Positions 23,565-35,569 of a stretch of DNA of 42,276 nucleotides are shown here, piece after piece. The DNA lies in the NCBI RefSeq assembly GCF_001194135.2, contig NC_068983.1, positions 133,168,302 to 133,210,577 on the forward strand, in the 5' to 3' direction. A model generated the notes under the pieces. The model was not told the DNA's origin, ran no database searches, and worked only from the letters and a program-made list of their open reading frames with translations. The translations under genes were made by a program, and so were the position numbers. The stretch is from Octopus bimaculoides. Taxonomy: Eukaryota. The number at the start of each line of letters is the position of its first letter. The first letter of the stretch is position 1.

Positions 23565-23940
23565 GGAAATCTGCAGTTACTCTATCCAGATTACAAGTTC
23601 AGGTTTATGCCTGTAATTATTGGAGCCCTAGGATATGTAACATACTGCCTAAATACCAATCTTGAGAAATTAGCCTTCTCAAAACCAGAAAGGAGAAAGC
23701 TAATTCGAGGACTACAGATCCAATCCATCACTGGAACTATAAAAATCTGTAAAACCCTCCAGAAGTTAGTGTCTAGATATGCAACTATAAGCATGAGAAT
23801 TCATACATAAAACATACAAATCTGCACATACATAAATACATATATACATACGTGCATGCATATATACATACATACATACATACATACATACCCTGCAGGA
23901 GCCTTGGATCTAGGTTAGAAACCGTTTATTTCTCTATTGG
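23565..23940 (+). mobile_element. 3' fragment of RLE-type LINE family 2
   Basis: GNLQLLYPDYKFRFMPVIIGALGYVTYCLNTNLEKL..IQSITGTIKICKT; DNA aligns with the reverse complement of 8052-8450, including TTGGATCTAGGTTAGAAACC. Confidence 0.88.
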
Positions 23941-24511
23941 TGAGAACTCATGAAATAAACTGAATAATGGCATGCATACATATGCGTATATACATAAACG
24001 TGTGTGTATGTGGGTGTATAAGAGTATGTATGTAAAATACATACAATGCAGTTTTTATAACATAACAGCACGTTAACCACATCTTTACCAATAATTTTAC
24101 ACCATCATAGTCATATGATGGTGTAAAATTATTGGTAGAGATGGTACTGTTACCGGATCTGTTCACCTTGAATGATCGCGAGTTATTTATTTTATACACA
24201 CAGAGAGACAGACAGAGAGAGAAACAGACAGAGAGTGAGACAGAGAGAGACAGACAGACAGTGAGAGAGACAGTCGGAGAGAGAGAAGACGAAAGGGGGG
24301 AGGTGATCGGGGGAGGACGAGCTATTGATTGCGGTGATTCTTGAAACATCTCTACCAACATAGTAACAGTAAACTTCTCTTCCAAAATAGCAACTGTCAT
24401 AAATACATCTGCACACGCATGCGCATACACACATACACATATACATTCATACGTGCACATGTATATATGTGTGTGTGTGTGTGTGGGTGGGGGTGGGGGT
24501 GCGCATGTATG

Positions 24512-24562
<51 letters not shown>

Positions 24563-24720
24563 ATGTGTGTGTGTGTGTATATATATATAAATATATANNN
24601 NNNNNNNNNNNNNNNNNNNNNNNNNNNNNNNNNNNNNNNNNNNNNNNNNNNNNNNNNNNNNNNNNNNNNNNNNNNNNNNNNNNNNNNNNNNNNNNNNNNN
24701 NNNNNNNNNNNNNNNNNNNN

Positions 24721-24756
<36 letters not shown>

Positions 24757-25178
24757 TATATATATATATATATATATATTCACATAAATACATATATATA
24801 TATATATATGTTTGTGTGTATAATGTATATATATATACATATACATACACGTACATATGCATATACACACACAGGATGAATTAAGATCGATTTCTGAAAT
24901 ATCGGACCTCCCTCACTTCGTTTTTATCTCTCTTTCTCGTATACATCTATATCCCTTGGTCACGTGGATTTCCAATACTCAGTTTCTCTTTTAACCACTC
25001 CCTTCCACTTTCTAACTCCCCCTCATCACCCACATCCTTCTATGTGTGCGTGCCTGTGGTGTTCATAGTACAACTAACATTGTAAAATATGTGCAACAAT
25101 ATACGCATCGATATTAGTTTCTGTTGTATGCATAAATTTGTGTGAATGTGTGTGCACGCCTGCACATGTCTTTGCACA

Positions 25179-25233
<55 letters not shown>

Positions 25234-26093
25234 AGCTATTTACATGTATATATTTATTAGTAGTCTTCGTACACAAATTCTACAAACAGGCACATACACA
25301 GATACACGCATATACGCAAACATACTAACGCGCATATTCGAACGCACCCACATGGTTTGCACTCACATATGCGCATTCATTCATACATTCATAAACGCTT
25401 GGGTATAAGTTGGAGTGAGTTTCTGTTATATATATATACACATCTATAAATACATACTTGCCTAAGCACATGTATACACACGCGTGTGTTCGCGCGCGTG
25501 TGACTAATTGTGTCTGTGGGTGGGTGTGCGTGTGTGTTTTAAGATTTCGCTCAAACATAGCGATAGTAATAAACTTATGTTAAAACTCAGTACACACATG
25601 TTTGAGATTGAAGTGTTAGTTGAGTAAAGAGCGTAATATGAAAATATATAACATTGAAAATATATGAAAATATATAAAATGACAAGGGAATAACGTAACA
25701 GGAATAATGTAATAAAATTCAATAGCTTACTGCAGTTTTTCCTATTGGTATAGGATGCACTGCACTTAGGGTTGAACGTTTGGGCATCATTTGCTTGTGT
25801 GTAATTGTGAGTGTGTGTGTGTGTGTGTGCGTGTGTGTGTTTGTGTGATTGCTTGTGTGAGTGTAGAGATACATACATATATATACATGCATATATGCAT
25901 ACACACACGCACATACATACATATATATATATACATACATGCATATATCGGTAGGGGGGTTTCTTGTCGCTGGTGTTGCGCAGAATGTATCGTTGGTGAA
26001 ACATTTTTTTTATGGGGAGAAAGTTGTGTAGAATAACTGAAGTAAACTCGCGAACATTTAACTGCAATATTTATTGCTACACCGCTACACATG

Positions 26094-26159
<66 letters not shown>

Positions 26160-26161
26160 AC

Positions 26162-26211
<50 letters not shown>

Positions 26212-29039
26212 ATGTATATATATATATATATATAATGCTCCCAGTTCAGCATTCTGGCTTTTTTTCATTTTCCTATATATATATATATGTATTTATGTAT
26301 GTATTTATGAATGTATATACGCATAAATACACTATTCATGAGTTATGTGTATAGATATATTCATTCTCATCGTCATCGGTATTATCAGTTACCTCTGTAG
26401 CGTTCCAAAATGATTTTCCATCAGTTTTAAATTTTGTTTACCTTCAGGTGACTACAAGTAGAATTTTGTTTATTCGACGGAGGAGAGTTGCTGTATTAGT
26501 CATTTTGCATGGTCTTCAAAGTTCGTATTTCTCGTTTGACTCTATCGAATTATTAGGCTCATCAGAAATTAGACTTTTCTACTTGTATCATTTATTTCTA
26601 AGTAAAGTTATGGCTTCTTCATACGATATAGCATGTTGAGCCAACTGGCATTCCTCTATCTGTTCTGTCACAGGATTTGCTTTTCTCGGTTGAGCTTAAT
26701 TTGAGTTTAAGGATATGTTGTTTGTACACGTTTCAGTGCGTTATTGGAGAGCTGGTACTACTTTTTCTCACAGCTGCAACTGAGAGAGGTTTCACTATTC
26801 CCTACAAGGAATACGTTTTAAATATTTTGCTGCATTTCTCTACCATAAACCTTCTGAGTGACTTTCATCATCCATCAGATAGTTAAAGTTTAAAGATATG
26901 ACATAATGTCATGTTGAACACGATAGCAGTTGTATGGGGAGATAATTCTGACGAGAATTGTATATGTGGTTCTATATAACAGGAAAATTAATTCTCCACT
27001 TTAATGCAATTTCAAAGACAATTTCACTATGCTGCAAAAAAAATCCAACGATATCTCAAATTTGCGATGTCGATAAATTTCGTTTGGTTTTCATTATTTC
27101 CAGAAAGAATGTTGTCTTTTCTAATAACGTAAGAAAGGCATACAATAAGCAAAACTTTAACGAAACTGAAATAGATTTATTTGAGCGCATTTTATCTGCA
27201 GATCACGAAATCATGATTTTCTCCCACATAATACGGCCAGCTTGAGTTGCCGTATTTAGAGAGCTCTCCTGAACAGCTGACGGTGCTGCTTACTGGCTAA
27301 ACGTGTGACTTCTACGAAGATATGAAATGCAAGAAATAACGGAAAATATTGAGATATATAGTGTTTCACGAAATTCATGTGACAATTGAAGCGACCCCAT
27401 TGTTATTGCATGAAACAATAACTTAAGATTGGGTGTATAGTAACTTAAATGAAGTAGAGGTAGATGTAAAAAGAACATATGCATTAACTGAATTATGAGA
27501 GCTGAAATTTTAAAATACAGTAAGCCACACTTGTTGCAAATACATCGGATAATATACATATGTAGAAGGAAGATGTCTAAGCCTTTGATGGAACACTTTA
27601 TTTACGTATTTGCTCCTCCTGAAACTTAGTTGGTGTTAACAATAATATAACAAATACAGAAATTAATTTCTCATCGTTTTTAAAAAATTGGAAATGCGAG
27701 AATACAGTTTAGTAAACTACATTAAGCTGAAATATGAAATCAAGGAATCTATGAAAGTGAAAATTGTGTGAATATCTATGATTTATATTACACTAAATCT
27801 CATTAACTGACTCAAATGAAATCATATGATGTTGGTGGCGTTCGCTATTGCAGATAATAAGATAGACACCAGGTTGATTCAGTCCAAAAAGACTTCAAAA
27901 ATACACAAAAACATTGAAAAGACCAGTCGGTTCCCAAGCGTTCAAAGCACAGCCGGGTATAAATCGTGATCTATACGCTGTCAGCATGTAACTATTCGCT
28001 ACATACATACAAAACAAAACTCGTTAATCATACGTCAGGACAGATGCCGACTGTTGAAAGATACGATGAACACGAAAACAGGATGCTATGACTAGAAACA
28101 AGAAAACAGCAACCGCTAAAGCATTTTTCCTTCAATATTTTATCCACGAACCGAATCACTATTTTCTTTTCATATGATATATTTTGCATGTTTTTATTTC
28201 CTTTTGAGTCATTCATTGCAATTAACCCTTTAATTGCAAAGTTGTCATGTTTTCCTTTATAATTTTGAAGCTAGCAAAAGATAAATCGTAAAGCTGACGT
28301 CATTTCAACACTTCAAACCGAACACTAAATGGGATGCTCCGTGTTAACTCCTTCTAAGTATGTATATGTTCTGCAATTATAGCTATCTATCTGTTTATAT
28401 AGCTATATCTATATCTACATCTATATGTATATGTATATATAAATTATTTACATATATATANNNNNNNNNNNNNNNNNNNNNNNNNNNNNNNNNNNNNNNN
28501 NNNNNNNNNNNNNNNNNNNNNNNNNNNNNNNNNNNNNNNNNNNNNNNNNNNNNNNNNNNNNNNNNNNNNNNNNNNNNNNNNNNNNNNNNNNNNNNNNNNN
28601 NNNNNNNNNNNNNNNNNNNNNNNNNNNNNNNNNNNNNNNNNNNNNNNNNNNNNNNNNNNNNNNNNNNNNNNNNNNNNNNNNNNNNNNNNNNNNNNNNNNN
28701 NNNNNNNNNNNNNNNNNNNNNNNNNNNNNNNNNNNNNNNNNNNNNNNNNNNNNNNNNNNNNNNNNNNNNNNNNNNNNNNNNNNNNNNNNNNNNNNNNNNN
28801 NNNNNNNNNNNNNNNNNNNNNNNNNNNNNNNNNNNNNNNNNNNNNNNNNNNNNNNNNNNNNNNNNNNNNNNNNNNNNNNNNNNNNNNNNNNNNNNNNNNN
28901 NNNNNNNNNNNNNNNNNNNNNNNNNNNNNNNNNNNNNNNNNNNNNNNNNNNNNNNNNNNNNNNNNNNNNNNNNNNNNNNNNNNNNNNNNNNNNNNNNNNN
29001 NNNNNGTAGGCATTAAAAATTGGTAATAAAATCTATATT

Positions 29040-29500
29040 ATTTTACAAATTTATTGAAACAAACAATACTTGTTCTTTATTATATGGTACAATGAAAGTA
29101 AATTTTCATATTTCGACGTAAGCACCGGTGGCATCAGCCAGTTTCCTCAAACGGTCAGGGATAGAATGAACGACCTTCAGAAGGACGTCATCTGGGATAG
29201 CATTGAGAATCTCTTGAATCCGTGTCTCCAAGTCCTCCAGCGTGCGATCGGTATTATAACATCCCAGCCTCGTCACTCGAGACGATGTTTTCAAACAATT
29301 CAGGCCAATCTTCATACCAACCTAGCATGAATTATCCATATTCCATTCTGTGGTCACAGTCTTCAGGTTTTAGCTCCTGCACGTAATGGGGTTTCAACAG
29401 ACGAAAATTAAATCTCCGCTAATCGGGTTTGACGGCCATTTCTTCTTGCAACTTTCACAGAGCAAGTAATCAGTTCGCTTTTTATGTCTTAGTAGCAGTG
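29040..29500 (-). mobile_element. Internally deleted Tc1/IS630-like transposase remnant
   Basis: Minus: LKPHYVQELKPEDCDHRMEY..MLGWYEDWPELFENIVSSDEAG joined directly to TLEDLETRIQEILNAIPDDVLLKVVHSIPDRLRKLADATGAYVEI*. Confidence 0.8.
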
Positions 29501-29807
29501 AAAGGATATATGATCCTTCATGGAGCCTCCTGAACATGTAGGAATTGGGAAAGTATCTTCAAACTGAAAATCTGACCCCAATGCTTACTAGAAAGTGGAC
29601 TCTACTAAAGGCACCAAGTACCAAATGGCCGCATTTAACAGAGTAGCATTAAATCTACTACGCAAGATATTCTCACAAGGAAACACATCAAATCGCCATT
29701 TTTTTTTATTAAAATGCTTTGTTTACAGTTTATACTGAAGCAATACCAGTTTTATAAGTTTATTCTGTTTCCTGTTGTTACAATGTTTTTAAGAATTATC
29801 TATAATT

Positions 29808-30017
29808 ATTAGTTTTAAATTTTGGCAGAAAGTCAGCAATTTCAAGTGAGGGAGAAAGCCTATGACATCGATTCCAGAGTTCAACTAGTATTTATTTTAT
29901 CGATCTCGATAGGCTGAAAGGCAAAGTGAACCTTGACGGAATTTGAACACAGGATGTAATGACGGACGAAAAGCTACTAAGCATCTTGCCCGGCGCAGTG
30001 ACGATTCTGCCAGCCTT
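29808..30017 (-). mobile_element. Degraded SINE, same family as 18745-19122
   Basis: GAAAGGCAAAGTGAACCTTGACGGAATTTGAACACAG...GATTCTGCCAGC. Confidence 0.8.
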
Positions 30018-30217
30018 AATCTGAAAATTAATATTAATAAATAATGTACAGAAGAGAGTATCTTTGAGTGATGTCTAAGACTAAATATTTCTCTGGAAGC
30101 AACCGATGAATTTAAATGTAAGCCATCACTCATATGAAAACTGCTTGAAGTTTACCTTTTAACAAGTCATGCTAAGAACATCATCTAATCATCCTCATTC
30201 TGCGCCGTCTTTCATAT

Positions 30218-30299
<82 letters not shown>

Positions 30300-30419
30300 G
30301 CACACACTCACTCTCACCCTCTCTCGTCCTCTCTCTCACCCTCTCGTCCTCTCTCCCGTTCTCTCTCTCACCCTCTCTCTCACTCGCTCTCACAATACGC
30401 ACATACACACACATTATAT

Positions 30420-30646
30420 GACCATCCCCAAATATAACAATATGCTGCAGATGTTGGTGAGAGGGATAACTTCCCTTGGCAAACAGGACACAGTCGTGTG
30501 TCGATAAGCCAGCTGGAGGAGATGTCCTCCTGGGGCTAAACGCAACAGTAACATCCACCCCTAGGGGTCAGCCACACTTAAGTGGCAATATACTACACTT
30601 TATCGTGCAGTTACTGTTAATACTTCATTTAGAGAATTAACATTGC
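30420..30646. repeat. Structured repeat copy 2 (30544-30646) with upstream hairpin-rich extension
   Basis: Aligns with 18001-18104; extra hairpins GACAC-N6-GTGTC and GGAGGA-N4-TCCTCC lie upstream. Confidence 0.8.
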
Positions 30647-30673
30647 AATATAAATATATGTAACAATATATAA

Positions 30674-30877
30674 GTAGGTAGGTACGTAGGTACGTAGGTA
30701 GGTAGGTAGGTAGGTACGTACGTACGTAGGTAGGGAGGTACGTAGGTAGGTAGGTAGGTAGGTAATAGGTAGGTACGTAGGTAGTAGGTAGGTAGGTAGG
30801 TAGGTAGGTAGTAGGTAGGTAGGTAGGTAGGTAGTTGGGTAGGTAGGTAAGTAGGTAGGTAGGTAGGTAGGTAGGTA
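30674..30877. repeat. (TAGG)n microsatellite, interrupted
   Basis: Direct reading; source of the spurious TYLP ORF. Confidence 0.97.
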
Positions 30878-32599
30878 TTAATTTGATTCAAATAGCATTA
30901 TGCAGAATTTCTTCGTATTATTAAATATCTTAACCAGTGTCCATTACCACAGTGTCTATATGTGTAACACAATGTGCATCTTCATTGCTATATTTAAATG
31001 AACCTCGGTTTTTATGAATCATATAATTGACGTTTTGCAAGTTTATCATAGAGAAGTTAGTAAGTTTATGCATGGTTCATACAAGATGGTCAAGTTTAAT
31101 CTATATGGCACTGGGCCTTATCTTGTCACTACTCTTCCATGAAATTAGTTGATTAAGCATTCATTAGTCTGTCATACCGGCCATGATGAAATACCACAAG
31201 GTATAGAAAATACGTATTCGCCTTTATATATATAATCCTTTATATTGAACACTCAATATTTCATCTATTCAATAAGACATATTTCATATATTCAATAAGA
31301 CATTCAATAAGACATATTCCATATATTCAATAAGACATTCAATACTTTATTTCATTGTACCATCCATTTTTATTTTATTTTATATTTTATATTGTATATT
31401 CCATATTCTATATCTCACATTGGTTTTGCAGGAATATAAATAAAACATAAAAAACAGACAGTGTTGGAACTCTTTTAAACAAAATAATATATATANNNNN
31501 NNNNNNNNNNNNNNNNNNNNNNNNNNNNNNNNNNNNNNNNNNNNNNNNNNNNNNNNNNNNNNNNNNNNNNNNNNNNNNNNNNNNNNNNNNNNNNNNNNNN
31601 NNNNNNNNNNNNNNNNNNNNNNNNNNNNNNNNNNNNNNNNNNNNNATATATATATATATATATATATGATGTATTGATTACTTTGTAACATTTGTCAATT
31701 GTTCAGCTTTGTTTCCTAATATGCATTCACATACATATATAAAAATATATAAAAGCAGATATAGCAGGTGTATATGCGTGTGTGTTTGTGTGAGGTGGGG
31801 GGGGGGTCCGGGGTCCGTATGTCGTGTGTGAAATTTTTATTATCGGGAAATATGTCACATTATACTTTGCTCTATACAGAATATTGGAACAGATAGCATA
31901 AAAAGCAACATACAGTACTCATACCATATCTATACAATTGAATTAGTGCATATTTAAGATTATGTAAGTCTGTAGCAGATCCTGCATATGATGATATTTT
32001 CACATAGTGTGTCGTACAACTGTCGTCTCGAGCAAACCAATGAATCAAAAGTATTCTGTGTTTATTCCATTTTTATTTTCTTGTATGCAGATCCCCTAGA
32101 ATGCGTCTTTTTCTATGACACTATATGAATAAGGCGAGTTGGCTGCTATGTCTATTACACTGAGTAGTCTAAGGAAGTGTCTTCCATCATTTCCTGTGGT
32201 TAAGTCAAAGTAGGATTTTGGTAACAGTTGCAGTTATTTTATACTGTTTGTTTTCTGCCGTTGTTTTATTTTAATATATAACTTACCAAAATGCAGCAAA
32301 CGAAATTTTCATAAGAAATGTGTTTCACTTATAAAATGTCATGGTTGTATGACAGAAGGTTTCTAAAATAGCGATCAGCATTAAAAAGCCATTGATTATT
32401 TACAATATTCTAACGTCTTTTTCCGAGAGATTATGATACATACTAAGCACGAATCTATTCATGAAGCGTAGACACGCGCGCGCGCACGCACACAGAGGTA
32501 TCCCCATACTCACATACACATAAACCCATATATATACAGTTACAAAACAAAGATTCCAAATATACCAGCAGAAAAGGTACAAGAACATATACACATACA

Positions 32600-32636
<37 letters not shown>

Positions 32637-33232
32637 GCACGCACAAGCATATGTACATACAGGCGCGCATACACATTAGACCGATAGTTGGGAACACACA
32701 CTGTATCTGTTGCATTTTTTTTTTTTTGTTCCTCTACGAGATAGNNNNNNNNNNNNNNNNNNNNNNNNNNNNNNNNNNNNNNNNNNNNNNNNNNNNNNNN
32801 NNNNNNNNNNNNNNNNNNNNNNNNNNNNNNNNNNNNNNNNNNNNNNNNNNNNNNNNNNNNNNNNNNNNNNNNNNNNNNNNNNNNNNNNNNNNNNNNNNNN
32901 NNNNNNNNNNNNNNNNNNNNNNNNNNNNNNNNNNNNNNNNNNNNNNNNNNNNNNNNNNNNNNNNNNNNNNNNNNNNNNNNNNNNNNNNNNNNNNNNNNNN
33001 NNNNNNNNNNNNNNNNNNNNNNNNNNNNNNNNNNNNNNNNNNNNNNNNNNNNNNNNNNNNNNNNNNNNNNNNNNNNNNNNNNNNNNNNNNNNNNNNNNNN
33101 NNNNNNNNNNNNNNNNNNNNNNNNNNNNNNNNNNNNNNNNNNNNNNNNNNNNNNNNNNNNNNNNNNNNNNNNNNNNNNNNNNNNNNNNNNNNNNNNNNNN
33201 NNNNNNNNNNNNNNNNNNNNNNNNNNNNNNNN

Positions 33233-33343
33233 AAGAAGAAGAAGAAGAAGAAGAAGAAGAAGAAGAAGAAGAAGAAGAAGAAGAAGAAGAAGAAGAAGAA
33301 GAAGAAGAAGAAGAAGAAGAAGAAGAAGAAGAAGAAGAAGAAG
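33233..33343. repeat. (AAG)n microsatellite
   Basis: Direct reading; abuts a gap. Confidence 0.98.
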
Positions 33344-33496
33344 ATAGATAGATACATGACCTACTATAGAGGCAACGTTATTGCAGAGACGAGTACAATC
33401 TCAAAGAAACTATCGTTTCGAGAGCAATCAGTGAACAGCTATATGGTAAGAGAGCTCTCTTACCATATTATAAATTTATTATTTCTCTTTATTGTT

Positions 33497-33830
33497 AGCG
33501 TTCAAATACCGCCGAGATCAGCTGTTCATTTTCCTCATTAATATAAAGTACCTGTCTGGTGCAGGAGTCGAGATAATTGATTAACCTCTCCCACAATTTC
33601 ATAACCGTGCTCCTAACATTAGAAACTATTATTATTCGGATAAATTCCTTAGCAGCATTTCTTCTGATTCTTAGCGTTCTCAATTCAAATACTGCCAAGA
33701 TTAACTTTGCTTTTCATCCCTCCAGGGTTAATAATATTAAGAACCACTGAAATACTGGAGTCCATATAATAGAATAAGCACATCCAACTAAAAATGTCAT
33801 GGCCTCGTGCCAAAATTTGAAGCAATTATT
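33497..33830 (+). mobile_element. Two adjacent degraded SINE copies (18745 family)
   Basis: GTTCAAATACCGCCGAGATC...AAAGTACC... and TTCAAATACTGCCAAGATTAACTTTGCTTTTCATCC; both end in ATT repeats. Confidence 0.72.
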
Positions 33831-34121
33831 ATTTTGGTTTGGCTCAAGTTCGGTCTTGCTCCTGGTAGGAATTATATGGATAGCGGGTTACTACCTATAA
33901 CCTTAAATATTCACAAGTTTCCAGCAGCCTGATAATCCTTACTGTCCCTAAGAGACAAACTTTCTGTAGGTACACTACCGGAGATTCTATTTCAGTCTCC
34001 TTCAACTATTTGTCTATATTATTGTTTACTTTTCCCAACGCACCAATTATTATATGGACGACTATAACTGTTCGCATGCTCCAAATTCTTCATATTTCAA
34101 ACTGTAAGGGATTGAATTATT

Positions 34122-34461
34122 GTATTTCGTCTGCCACTACGTTCTGAGTTCAAATTCCACCGGGGTCGACTTTGCCTTTCATCATTTCGGAGTCGATAAA
34201 TTAAGTACCAGTTGAGTTATCGACATACCTCTTCCTCCAAAATTTCAGGCCTTGTGCCTATAGTAGAAAGGATTATTATTATTATTATTAGGCGGTAGTC
34301 AAATCGTTAGCCCGCCAGTTAATGCTTAGCGGCATTTCGTCCGAAATTACGTTCTGGATTCAAATGGCACCGAGTTTAACTTTATCTTCCAATAAATTAA
34401 GTATCGACTAGTCCCCTCCCACAAAGTTTCAGGCCTTTTGCCTTTAATGGAAAAGTTTATT
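34122..34461 (+). mobile_element. Two head-to-tail SINE copies (18745 family) joined at an (ATT)n tail
   Basis: TACGTTCTGAGTTCAAATTCCACCGGGGTCGACTTTGCCTTTCATC...CAGGCCTTGTGCCTATAGTAGAAAGG(ATT)n, immediately followed by GGCGGTAGTCAAATCGTTAGC. Confidence 0.85.
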
Positions 34462-34648
34462 ATTATTTACATTATTTACATTTGACGGATATTTGTCCTC
34501 ATCATGTTTGTTGTTAATATACCCCTTGGGAAAATTTCGTTAAGGGGTTTTAATTATTATTATTAATATTATTCAGGCCACTGCCTGGAATCGAACTCGG
34601 ACTTTTGGCGTTAGTAGCCCGCGATCTTAATCACTACACCATATGCCC
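34462..34648 (-). mobile_element. Downstream pseudo-LTR of the Penelope-like element
   Basis: Starts ~30 nt after the GIY-YIG stop codon; 34462-34517 is the reverse complement of ~35483-35533. Confidence 0.75.
34573..34648 (-). promoter_or_regulatory. tRNA-like internal pol III promoter (A and B boxes); not a functional tRNA
   Basis: Minus TGGTGTAGTGA (34631-34641) and AGTTCGATTCC (34587-34597) at tRNA-like spacing; acceptor and anticodon stems pair poorly. Confidence 0.7.
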
Positions 34649-34677
34649 TTGAGAAATTATGCAGTGAATTTTAGGGC

Positions 34678-35437
34678 TTACAAATGTAATATTCTCCTAT
34701 CCTTCCTTAATACTGGTTCCCATATCTTATTCCTATCTGCACACGGTCTGCTTAAGAGGTTGCTGTGTCCTAGCATATGTGCTGCTTCTTTTAGTTTTCG
34801 TATTTTCCAGTGGTGTTCTCTGTCTATTATTTTAACTTCATCCCACAGGGGGAGGTGGTCTCCATTTTTCCATATATGATTTATCGATATCTCCTCGTGT
34901 CACAGCTCTGCGATGTTCTTCTATCATTATTTTGAGGCGGGGAAGCGTCTTTCACCTTTGTATAACCAACAGCAGCTGCATGGGATGGAGTACACGCAGT
35001 TCGTGGTCATATTCTCTTCTATTGGTGGTTTTACCCGAAGTTGATATTTGCGAAATCTTGTATTACTCTTGAATACGGTCCTGATGTCTTATGGGCCGCA
35101 TATCTTTTGTATCTTTTCGGAGAGGCCTTTCACAAAGAGTAGACAGACTGTGGACAGTTTATTGGTTTCGTCCTCTCTTCTCTACATAATTGGAGTGGAT
35201 ATATGTTTTTAGGGTAGTTGTTGCTTAACAGATTGTTATTGAGCTTGATCATTTCTTCGTGGTGGGTATCACGATCGCTACTTATATTCTTTGCTCGATG
35301 TTTTAGGCACTGAGCAATCCCTGTCTTTACACTGTATGGATGGTGGGAATTCAAGTTGAGGTATCGTCCAGTGAAGGTCGGCTTGCGGTATGCAGATGTT
35401 CTGAATCCATTCTTGGTGCGTGTTAACAATGTGTCCA
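34678..35437 (-). pseudogene. Penelope-like element ORF remnant: RT C-terminus, linker and GIY-YIG endonuclease
   Basis: LDTLLTRTKNGFRTSAYRKPTFTGRYLNLNSHHP..NNYP; VKGLSEKIQKIC..IRTVFKSN..NCVYSIPCSCCWLYKGE; EEHRRA; WDEVKIIDREHHWKIRKLKEAAHML..IWEPVL; contains stops and frameshifts. Confidence 0.92.
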
Positions 35438-35569
35438 GGACACCTGATGAAGGCTAGAGGATATATCAGCCGAAACGTTGTTTTAACAACAAGATGAGGA
35501 CAGATATCCGTCAAATGTAAATAATGTAAATAATGTACATAATTCCTCATCTCCTAAATATAGAACTGT
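35435..35569 (+). mobile_element. Inverted partial pseudo-LTR at the 5'-truncated end of the Penelope-like element
   Basis: Opposite orientation to the ORF; shares TTAACAAC..GATGAGGAC.GATATCCGTCAAATGTAAATAATGTAAATAAT with the downstream pLTR. Confidence 0.82.
35439..35484 (+). ncRNA. Minimal type I hammerhead ribozyme
   Basis: GACAC-CTGATGA-A-GGCT-(12 nt)-AGCC-GAAAC-GTT-GTTTT: complete core, 4-bp stem II, palindromic AACGTT stem III, GUU triplet, stem I with one mismatch. Confidence 0.85.

Noticed and set aside
26527-26570. Third hammerhead-like string on the minus strand (AATTT-CTGATGA-GCCT..AGTC-AAAC-GAG-AAAT)
   Set aside because: It lacks G12 and the NUH triplet, stem II is mismatched and no PLE context was recognised. 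At best a decayed copy.
34573-34648. Possible tRNA gene
   Set aside because: Acceptor and anticodon stems do not pair properly; treated as a tRNA-derived promoter in a repeat.
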